This document shows positions 29,284-37,299 of a stretch of 61,127 nt of DNA, in pieces (the stretch's first letter is position 1; each line of letters starts with the position of its first letter). The position numbers were made by a program, and so were the translations under genes. The notes below the pieces were generated by a model. It had not been told where the DNA came from. It made no database searches and saw only the letters and a list, made by a program, of their open reading frames with translations. This stretch comes from Chitinophagaceae bacterium (lineage in GTDB: Bacteria; Bacteroidota; Bacteroidia; Chitinophagales; Chitinophagaceae): contig JBJXDV010000026.1 in the NCBI GenBank assembly GCA_046153465.1, forward strand, positions 1 to 61,127. Reading direction: 5' to 3'.

Positions 29284-30255
29284 ATGATAGATTTTACTAC
29301 CGTAGATAAATGTTTAGTTTGTAATACTAACAATCCTAAAAACCTTTTTGAGTTTCAGTCGAAAGATGAAAACTGGTATAAGGCATTAAAGTGCCGTAAC
29401 TGTGGGCTTACTTATGCCAGCCCTCAACCTGTTCTTACACATGAAGCGATTAATGAAATTTACTCCAGCGACTATTATGCAAATTATTATGGGCCAAAAC
29501 AGGATTACCAGGACCGGTCCCAGACTGACTATTACATGAAGTGCTACGAAAAAGAATATGCAGTTTATGATCAATACACGGAAAAAAAACCGATCCGCAA
29601 AGTATTTGATGTAGGATGCGGAGATGGAAAATTTTTAGAGATATTTAAAAAAAATGGATGGGATTGCATAGGACTTGAACCCTCTGAAACTTCCCGTAAA
29701 ATTGCTACTGAAAAAGGTTTTAACGTTATTGATGTTCCCTTTCTTGAAGTAGGTAACGATATTGGAACTTTTGATTTTATATTTCTTGATAATGTAATCG
29801 AACATATCAATAACCCAAATCCCTTTATTGCTAAGGCCTATTCGCTTTTAAATGTGGGTGGAATATTTGTAATTAAAACGCCCAATTCGGATTCATTAAA
29901 TGAATCTCTGGAAACAGTGATGCTTCGCACCTTTCCGCGTAATATTAACAATGGCATCATGAGTTCGATTAAAAAATATTTTAATCAGGGTACCGGCCGG
30001 GTTCATCGTTTTGGTAACCTGCACCCACCCGTACATCTTGCCATTTATAATAATAAAAGTATAACCACTGCCTTAATGCAGGGAGGTTTTACTAAAGAAA
30101 AGATTCATAACTTTTTTGTTTCTCCACACCACCCAACCTGGGGCGTAAACGAATCCAGAAAAGGATTTTTTCATAATACCAAAAAACTTATTGATCGCCT
30201 GGCTAATTTCATGAACAGAGGAGAATTTCTTATTACTATTGCAAAGAAAGCATAA
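29284..30255 (+). CDS. Class I SAM-dependent methyltransferase with N-terminal CxxC..CxxC zinc ribbon
   Basis: CLVC and CRNC pairs, VFDVGCGDG, VIEH and KTPN motifs. Confidence 0.88.
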   Translation: MIDFTTVDKCLVCNTNNPKNLFEFQSKDENWYKALKCRNCGLTYASPQPVLTHEAINEIYSSDYYANYYGPKQDYQDRSQTDYYMKCYEKEYAVYDQYTEKKPIRKVFDVGCGDGKFLEIFKKNGWDCIGLEPSETSRKIATEKGFNVIDVPFLEVGNDIGTFDFIFLDNVIEHINNPNPFIAKAYSLLNVGGIFVIKTPNSDSLNESLETVMLRTFPRNINNGIMSSIKKYFNQGTGRVHRFGNLHPPVHLAIYNNKSITTALMQGGFTKEKIHNFFVSPHHPTWGVNESRKGFFHNTKKLIDRLANFMNRGEFLITIAKKA

Positions 30256-30287
30256 TTCAATAATCACACATTAACTATAGTTGAGAT

Positions 30288-30325
30288 AAAAAAAGCACCG
30301 AACAGTCAATGACCGGTGCTTTTTT
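30288..30325. terminator. Bidirectional intrinsic terminator
   Basis: AAAAAAGCACCG-loop-CGGTGCTTTTTT between convergent genes. Confidence 0.85.
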
Positions 30326-30346
30326 CGTCTATAATATCAACAGTTA

Positions 30347-31684
30347 TTAATCTAGTCCGAATAATCCCTTATTAAGCAGTTGAAGCGTTTGAATTTTATA
30401 GGCCGAAGGGACGAGAATTGATATATTATGTTTGCTGCCGCCGTAACTTACCATACTCACCGGTATTGGCGATAGAGAATCAAAAACTTTACTCAATATG
30501 TTTTTCGTTTGTGCAATTTCGTTACCTACTACCGACACAATGGTTTGATTGTCTTCAACGGTAATAGTACCGAAGGGCTCTAACTCTTTAACGATTTGCT
30601 TTAAATGAATGCCATTATCAATGGTAACCGAAACCGCTACTTCGGAGGTTGTGATCATATCTATAGAGGTACGGTATTTTTCAAAGATTTCAAATGTCTT
30701 TCTCAAAAATCCGTAGGCGAGTAACATTCTGCTGCTTTTTATATTAATTGCTATAATTCCATCTTTAGCAGCAACGGCCTTCACACCTACAGAACCTGCT
30801 TCCTGGGTAATAGTGGTTCCGGCAGCGTCTGGCTGCATCGTGTTTAATAATTTCACTGGTACTTTTTCCTGTTGTGCGGGCCAAATACAGGCAGGGTGTA
30901 AAATCTTTGCCCCGAAATAAGCAAGCTCAGCAGCCTCTTCAAAACTTAATTGTTCAATAGGCAATGTCTTCTTCACCACACGAGGATCATTATTATGCAT
31001 TCCATCTATGTCTGTCCAAATTTCACAAACTGTTGCATTGGCTGCAGCAGCAATAAGAGAAGCGGTATAATCGCTTCCTCCCCTTTTTAAGTTATCAACC
31101 TCTCCCCTGGCATTTCTGCATATGTACCCCTGCGTAATAAATAGACTCTTATTCTTATGTTGTTGTAATGATTGTGCAAGTTTTACTTTAATCGTTCCAA
31201 TTTGTGGCTCATCATTGCTATCAATGGTCATAAACTCGAGGGCAGGAAGGAGCGCATGATCAATTCCTTTCTCTTGCAAATAAACGCTGAACAACTTTGT
31301 AGATAATAATTCGCCCTGTGCAAGAATATCTTTATTGAGTGCATCACTAAAGGATATTTTTAGGATGATTGTTAAAAATTCAAAATGTTCAGAAATTATG
31401 CTTTTAGCTTTCAGATAAGCCGAATCTGTATTCACCAATTCCTTTATGAACGTTTGATAATGGGCTTCCAGTTTATCAATATGTTCTTTAGCAAGCTTGC
31501 GATCACCAGATGCCATTGCCTCCCCAATAGAAACTAACATATTAGTAGTTCCGCTAAGGGCACTTAATACTATTACTTTCGGAACATTGTCTTTTGTAAT
31601 TAACTCCGCCACCGAATGCATTCGATCTGGCTTACCAACGCTGGTACCTCCAAACTTCATTACTTTAAATTTATCCAAGCTCAT
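30347..31684 (-). CDS. lysC: Aspartate kinase
   Basis: KFGGTSV, RGGSDYTA, WTDIDG, ELAYFGAKILHP and C-terminal ACT domains. Confidence 0.95.
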   Translation of the reverse strand: MSLDKFKVMKFGGTSVGKPDRMHSVAELITKDNVPKVIVLSALSGTTNMLVSIGEAMASGDRKLAKEHIDKLEAHYQTFIKELVNTDSAYLKAKSIISEHFEFLTIILKISFSDALNKDILAQGELLSTKLFSVYLQEKGIDHALLPALEFMTIDSNDEPQIGTIKVKLAQSLQQHKNKSLFITQGYICRNARGEVDNLKRGGSDYTASLIAAAANATVCEIWTDIDGMHNNDPRVVKKTLPIEQLSFEEAAELAYFGAKILHPACIWPAQQEKVPVKLLNTMQPDAAGTTITQEAGSVGVKAVAAKDGIIAINIKSSRMLLAYGFLRKTFEIFEKYRTSIDMITTSEVAVSVTIDNGIHLKQIVKELEPFGTITVEDNQTIVSVVGNEIAQTKNILSKVFDSLSPIPVSMVSYGGSKHNISILVPSAYKIQTLQLLNKGLFGLD

Positions 31685-31708
31685 TTTTTATTGATTGTTT
31701 TAGGCCGG

Positions 31709-31716
31709 CAAAGATA
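31709..31716 (-). promoter_or_regulatory. Bacteroidota -7 promoter box (TATCTTTG) for lysC
   Basis: Exact match 24 nt upstream of the start codon. Confidence 0.6.
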
Positions 31717-31881
31717 AGTTGAAGATTGTATTACCTGTATATATTAAGATCGCATATTCTACCAAAAATTATAAGTTATCCAATTGATAACCCTATATTC
31801 CTTGTAATTATAACCATCATGTATTAACAAAATCCTTTTCTTTTACTTTACAAAATAAATTTTATACTCAAAAAATAGCTT

Positions 31882-32961
31882 TTACCACTTAATACTCATC
31901 TTCTCTGCCAAAAATTTCAAATCCTCTTCAACAGCATTCAATAAAGGAATTCCTGTACGCAACCTGTTCTCTTCCATTTCACGTTCCGGATCGCCGGGAA
32001 TTAATACCTGTTCTTCACTATCAATTGTTTTAGCGCTCCGGAAACGCCGTATCCACTTATCCATATGCAGTTTAAATTCATCCGCCTTTCTGAAAGCATC
32101 GATCCGCATTGCTCCAAAAAAATGCCCGATACCTTTTCCGGGTTGCTCATCAGGCATTGGTACATAGGCTGGGAATGGAGGAACCCAGGGTCCGTAGTTG
32201 GCCCCGCTTAACACTGCTGACAAAATATCAACAATGGCACCCAATGCATAACCTTTGTGACTTCCATGTTCCCGATCGCCTCCTAACGGTAATAAAGAAC
32301 CGCCCGATTTCAGTTCATGAGGATTAACCGACGAATTACCGTATTTATCCTGCACCCATCCAATAGGTGCTTTTTGATTTTTTCGTTGCAACATTTCCAA
32401 CTTACCATTGGCTGCAGTGGTAGTTGCTAAATCAGCTACAAACGCTGGCTCTTCACCGGCAGGAATAGCTACACAAATAGGGTTAGTGCCTAATAATCGT
32501 TCCACTGAAAAAGTAGGAGCTACCAGCGGGCTTGCATTTGTCATTGCCCATCCAATCATATCCTGTTGAAGAGCCATCATTGCATGATAAGCCGCAATTC
32601 CAAAATGGTTGCTATTTTGTACACTTACCCAACCAGTTCCTGCAACCTTTGCTTTATCGATAGCTACCTGCATGGCGAACGGAGCAACTACTAAACCAAG
32701 ACCACCATCACCATCAATTACAGCCGTAGAAGGTGATTCATGAATGATTTTTATAACAGGAGTTGCGTTTATTCTTTTTACTTCCCATAAACGTACATAC
32801 CCACTAAGACGAGCCACTCCGTGAGAATCAATACCACGTAAATCGGCACTTAATAAAACCCGGGCTGCCGTGTCCGCATCATGTGGTGAACAGCCAATTT
32901 TTTCAAAAACAATTCTGCTAAAATGCAAAAGTTGTAAATAAGGAAATAATTTTTCAGACAT
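31882..32961 (-). CDS. Ldh_2-family (malate/L-lactate/sulfolactate-type) oxidoreductase
   Basis: ADLRGIDSHG, NSNHFG, GTNPI, HKGYAL and LIPGDPE motifs. Confidence 0.92.
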   Translation of the reverse strand: MSEKLFPYLQLLHFSRIVFEKIGCSPHDADTAARVLLSADLRGIDSHGVARLSGYVRLWEVKRINATPVIKIIHESPSTAVIDGDGGLGLVVAPFAMQVAIDKAKVAGTGWVSVQNSNHFGIAAYHAMMALQQDMIGWAMTNASPLVAPTFSVERLLGTNPICVAIPAGEEPAFVADLATTTAANGKLEMLQRKNQKAPIGWVQDKYGNSSVNPHELKSGGSLLPLGGDREHGSHKGYALGAIVDILSAVLSGANYGPWVPPFPAYVPMPDEQPGKGIGHFFGAMRIDAFRKADEFKLHMDKWIRRFRSAKTIDSEEQVLIPGDPEREMEENRLRTGIPLLNAVEEDLKFLAEKMSIKW

Positions 32962-33143
32962 AGGCAAAGAAACGAAAAGGCAATGAGAATATGTAAGACT
33001 AGTTACGGCGACTCAATTACAATTAATCAAAAAAAAAGACAGGTAAAACTCAATGCGAGGACTTATAATTATATAATTACAAAATACATCCGAAAATATA
33101 ATTTTTCAATCCCTATTCGTAAAGATTATGTATGCTCAGTGCA

Positions 33144-34538
33144 CTATTTCACTTTCATATTTACCGGATCCCAACTAATAACCTTCTTTTGAAAATAACT
33201 ATCATTTACTGCAAGACAGGGACCAGCGGCGCGAAAACCAAAAACCGGATCTTCAATCACCGACTTACCAGTTCGTAGGCCATCGAAGAAATTTGCGAAA
33301 TGCTCTACATGTTCATCAAAGTCTTGCGGCTGATTAAATTTAATCGAAGGTTTAACCGGGCGTTTTTTATCTTCAGCACTATACTTAGCATCGTACTGCT
33401 GTTTCAATGTTTCCTGCATTGCCAAGGGATAAGTGTCCAGGGAATCCCATCCTCCAATTCCAGGTGCTTTTGACATGATACTATGGTTAAGGGTGATGCC
33501 ACTCCACCCAACATCTATAGCTCCTTCGCTTCCTATATATCTAGTAACTCCTTTTTCACCGATACCGCTTACAAAATTCACGCGAAGCATTACCTGAAAA
33601 GCAGGGTGCTCTTTTGAATCGGGGTATTCTAAAATAGCCGTCATAACATCTGGCACATCTCTGCCATCCTTCCAATAACACAATTGACCCGACGAAAATA
33701 TTTTTACCGGACCATACGAGCCTGTTATATAGTGAATACCCGTTAACAAATGGACAAATAAATCCCCCGACATTCCCGTTCCAAAATCCTTATAGTTTCT
33801 CCACCAAAAAAATTTCTTCGGATCCCAGGGTTGTTTCGGCATATCGGCAATATAACGGTCCCAATCAACCGTTTGAGAATCTCCATCAGTAGGCATTGTA
33901 TATTGCCAGGCACCATTGGCACTCTGACGATCTGTACTTGCTTCAATACAGTTAAGCTGACCAATTTCACCTGCTTTGTATAACTCTTTAGCCTTTGCAT
34001 GGTTTAAACCGCTGATACCCTGGCTTCCTACCTGCATCGTTTTTTTTGTTTGCTTCCAGGTATTAATTACACCAAGCCCCTGGTCTAATTTATGCACCAT
34101 CGGTTTTTCGCAATACACATGTTTTCCAGCCTTCATTGCATCCGTAGCAATTCGCGCATGATGATGGTCGCTGGTTGCAACTATGACTGCATCAATATCT
34201 TTTCGTAACAATAATTCCCGGTAATCGCGGGTAACAAACAAATTATTACCATGCATCTCCTTCATACGATCCAACCTTCCGGTATATAAATCACAAGCTC
34301 CGGCTATTTCCACTCCTGGTACTTTTAGAGCGGTGCCAATATCATTATGACCCATAATTCCTGTTCCAATAACAGCCACCCTTACTTTATCATTGGCAGA
34401 ATATTTCTTGTGGTGCTGCAAAATGCGTTCTTCCATTTTTTCTTCCGCCTTTAACCGCTCCAACGAGCCTGTTCCAAACAACAATGCCGTACTACTTAGT
34501 TGCTGAATAAATTTACGTCGAGAAGATTCTTTTGACAT
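33144..34538 (-). CDS. Tat-exported Gfo/Idh/MocA-family oxidoreductase
   Basis: SRRKFI Tat motif, IGTGIMG Rossmann motif, HVYCEKP and VGSQ. Confidence 0.92.
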   Translation of the reverse strand: MSKESSRRKFIQQLSSTALLFGTGSLERLKAEEKMEERILQHHKKYSANDKVRVAVIGTGIMGHNDIGTALKVPGVEIAGACDLYTGRLDRMKEMHGNNLFVTRDYRELLLRKDIDAVIVATSDHHHARIATDAMKAGKHVYCEKPMVHKLDQGLGVINTWKQTKKTMQVGSQGISGLNHAKAKELYKAGEIGQLNCIEASTDRQSANGAWQYTMPTDGDSQTVDWDRYIADMPKQPWDPKKFFWWRNYKDFGTGMSGDLFVHLLTGIHYITGSYGPVKIFSSGQLCYWKDGRDVPDVMTAILEYPDSKEHPAFQVMLRVNFVSGIGEKGVTRYIGSEGAIDVGWSGITLNHSIMSKAPGIGGWDSLDTYPLAMQETLKQQYDAKYSAEDKKRPVKPSIKFNQPQDFDEHVEHFANFFDGLRTGKSVIEDPVFGFRAAGPCLAVNDSYFQKKVISWDPVNMKVK

Positions 34539-34585
34539 ATAGATTCATTATAAAAAAGTGAAAAAAAGAATTACCAATGAATTTA

Positions 34586-35458
34586 TTACTTCAGTTTATC
34601 AATTTCCTTTTTAAAATAGGTTGCTGTTTGCATCACATCCGGTACATTATTCTCCCAATTGTTTTCACGTTCAATGGAGAACATTCCGGAAAAACCTTGC
34701 CGTTTTAATTCTGCAAAAATTTCAGGGAATTTTATAACACCTGTTCCTACCAAAACATCATCGGACTCCACTTTATTAAACTCTTTCACATCTTTTAAAT
34801 GCAGGCCAACAATATGCCTTTCCAATTTTTTCAGGCAGTCAACAACATCTAATCCATTGCGAGCCCAATGACCAACATCGGCACATGAACCTATATTGGG
34901 ATGATTTTTTAATGCCGCCAATACAGAATCGGGGTGCCAATAAGCACTTTCTCGGGGATGATCGTGAATGGCTATCCTAATACCATACACACCTGCCAGG
35001 CTATCGGCATAATCCCAATGCTTCTTCAAAGGTTCGGCAGAAATATATTGTATACCCATATCTTTAGCAAAATCAAATGTTTTTTTCCATTCTTCCGGAG
35101 ATTGTGGTACCACAACACCAAACGCAATTAAAGAAATTCCTTTGGAGGTTAATAATGATTTAACCTTCGTTCGACCTTCAGCAGATAAACTTATATCAAA
35201 AGTGGAATCTTTAAAATCACCTCCCAATCGTTGACCGGGAAAAGCTTCGATAAATTTCATGCCGGCACTATCTGCCTTTGCAATTCCGGTTACAAAATCA
35301 AAATTGTGGAACGTCCATAATTGAATACCTAATTTCCAATCATCTACAATAGCTTTTTTAGCTACTACTGTTTCTTCAACAGGTTTGGTCTCGTTATTAC
35401 AATTCGATAATAATACAACACAGAAGAATGCTAACAGGTAACTCAAACATTTTTTCAT
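34586..35458 (-). CDS. Sugar-phosphate isomerase/epimerase-like TIM-barrel lipoprotein (AP_endonuc_2)
   Basis: Lipobox LLSNC; AIHDH, ADVGHW, HLKD and SIERE motifs. Confidence 0.88.
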   Translation of the reverse strand: MKKCLSYLLAFFCVVLLSNCNNETKPVEETVVAKKAIVDDWKLGIQLWTFHNFDFVTGIAKADSAGMKFIEAFPGQRLGGDFKDSTFDISLSAEGRTKVKSLLTSKGISLIAFGVVVPQSPEEWKKTFDFAKDMGIQYISAEPLKKHWDYADSLAGVYGIRIAIHDHPRESAYWHPDSVLAALKNHPNIGSCADVGHWARNGLDVVDCLKKLERHIVGLHLKDVKEFNKVESDDVLVGTGVIKFPEIFAELKRQGFSGMFSIERENNWENNVPDVMQTATYFKKEIDKLK

Positions 35459-35572
35459 ATAGCAGTTGATTTAAAGTATGTACAAATGATGCTTCAAGTT
35501 AAGCATTATTAAGATATGCTTTATCATGATCAATTGTTTTTTATAAATCGAACGTTGTTGTATTTTTGACCG

Positions 35573-36844
35573 ATGAAAAGTTTTGCTTTGTCGTTGATGA
35601 TTCTATTATTCTCTTTAGAACCCTGCCCGGCGCAGTATGCACGCGAAAACATTTATACGGAAGTTGTTTTCTTTAATAAAAGGCAACGACTTGATAAAGA
35701 CCTTCGCGAAAATGTAATTGCCAAAACATTCGAACAAACCCTTACCGCAGATAACGAACATAAGTTTGAATCGGCCTGTTGGGCAATTTCACAATTTATG
35801 TTTCGAAGCAATACAATTGAAAATGGTTTCCAAAAAATCATTGCTTCGTATGATAGTCTGGAGTTAGATACCAAACGAGCATTTCTTGAAGCAGCCTATG
35901 GAGTATACCCGGTAGAATATGAAAAAAAGATCCAAACAATCTTTGAAAAGGAGAAACATCCGAAGTTATTTGCCATGTGTGCACTTTATTTGCACCGTAT
36001 AAATCATTCAATAGAAAACACCAACCGGATTAAACTTCGAATGGTAGAACAATTTCCCGATTATGACTCCACTGATTTATTGATAGAATTGGATAAATAC
36101 CTTTCGCATCACCAAATTTTAATCAAGCAATCAACGCCGCCTGTTACAGACCTTCTCCGTTTCCAACAAAAACAGGGCAATAAAATTATTTATTCTTTTC
36201 AGCGATGGAACAGAGACTACCCTGGACTAGCCATTGTACAAAATGCAGATGGTAGTTTTGTAAGAAGAGAAGACGGTCGATTAATGGTAATTGAACAGCT
36301 TGCCCGTTCCGCGTCTTCACTACCCTATTTTATAACCAATGGCAATACTCCACAGGGTATTTATAGCATTCAGGGAACTGCTGTTGCGAATAATAATTTT
36401 ATTGGGCCCACGCCGAACATCCAATTAATCATGCCCTTTGAAGATAGTTTAAAAAAGTTTTTTCACAGCAATTGGGATTCTTCCATTGCACCATTAAAAG
36501 CATATCAATCTTTATTACCCGATTCCTGGAAAAATTACCAACCATTTGATGAGGCTTTCTACGCAGGCAAGATTGGAAGAACCGAAATTATTGCTCATGG
36601 AACTACCATCGATCCCGACTATTTTAAAAACAAACCCTGGTATCCTATATCCCCCACCCTTGGTTGTTTGTGTGCAAAAGAAATTTGGAATGTTACCAGT
36701 GGACATTTATTAGTAAGTGAACAATTTAATTTATACAGCGCTTTTATTTCTACAAAAGGAACAAAAGGATTTTTAATTGTATTGAATTTGGATGATCAGC
36801 AAAAAGCAGTAACACGAGAAGAAGTGGAAAGGTTTGTGAAATAA
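35573..36844 (+). CDS. Exported hypothetical protein with helical N-terminus and a divergent L,D-transpeptidase-like C-terminus
   Basis: Signal peptide; GNTPQGIYSI, IIAHGT and SPTLGCLC resemble YkuD motifs. The ORF is solid; the function is inferred. Confidence 0.6.
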   Translation: MKSFALSLMILLFSLEPCPAQYARENIYTEVVFFNKRQRLDKDLRENVIAKTFEQTLTADNEHKFESACWAISQFMFRSNTIENGFQKIIASYDSLELDTKRAFLEAAYGVYPVEYEKKIQTIFEKEKHPKLFAMCALYLHRINHSIENTNRIKLRMVEQFPDYDSTDLLIELDKYLSHHQILIKQSTPPVTDLLRFQQKQGNKIIYSFQRWNRDYPGLAIVQNADGSFVRREDGRLMVIEQLARSASSLPYFITNGNTPQGIYSIQGTAVANNNFIGPTPNIQLIMPFEDSLKKFFHSNWDSSIAPLKAYQSLLPDSWKNYQPFDEAFYAGKIGRTEIIAHGTTIDPDYFKNKPWYPISPTLGCLCAKEIWNVTSGHLLVSEQFNLYSAFISTKGTKGFLIVLNLDDQQKAVTREEVERFVK

Positions 36845-37082
36845 AAATAGTAAAATAGAAAAGGCAGTAACCAAGAGAATGGACCAAGGCGAAAGAGGTA
36901 TGAACAAAGAGTAAAAAAACAAAGAGGGAAAGAGAAAAGAGAAAAAAAGGAAAGAGCTATCAGTAAAGAGGAAAAGAGGAAAGAGTAAAAGAACAAAGAG
37001 GGAAAGAGGAAAGAACCAAGGCACAAGAGGTATGAACAAAGAGGGAAAGAGGAAAGAGAAGAGAGGAAAGAGTAAAGAACCA
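36845..37082 (+). repeat. Purine-rich degenerate heptamer tandem array (AAAGAGG-type)
   Basis: About 240 bp of AAAGAGG/AAAGAAC/AAAGAGT units. A larger unit ACCAAGGCnnAAGAGGTATGAACAAAGAG occurs at 36883 and 37015. Confidence 0.85.
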
Positions 37083-37299
37083 ATTTTAAAAAATAATTAA
37101 TATCCTCAATAGCAGTCGATACCTGTTGTTCCTTGAATTTTTTATCTTGTTTACTGCTCTAGATTTGCGCAATTCGCAGAGGATTTAAATGGGAAGTAAA
37201 AACGATAAGAACCAAATATCAAGAACATAAATAAAAACACAAAAAAACTCAATAGTTGCCGCCGTTATTTTTGTTTCTTGAATCTTGTATCGTATTATT

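Noticed and set aside
31685-31881. Lysine riboswitch upstream of lysC
   Set aside because: The region is AT-rich and unstructured, with a promoter box 24 nt from the start.
36773-37083. Two hydrophobic minus-strand ORFs (88 and 95 aa) as membrane proteins
   Set aside because: Their F/L/S-rich sequences are by-products of the pyrimidine strand of the heptamer array, and they overlap the convergent gene.
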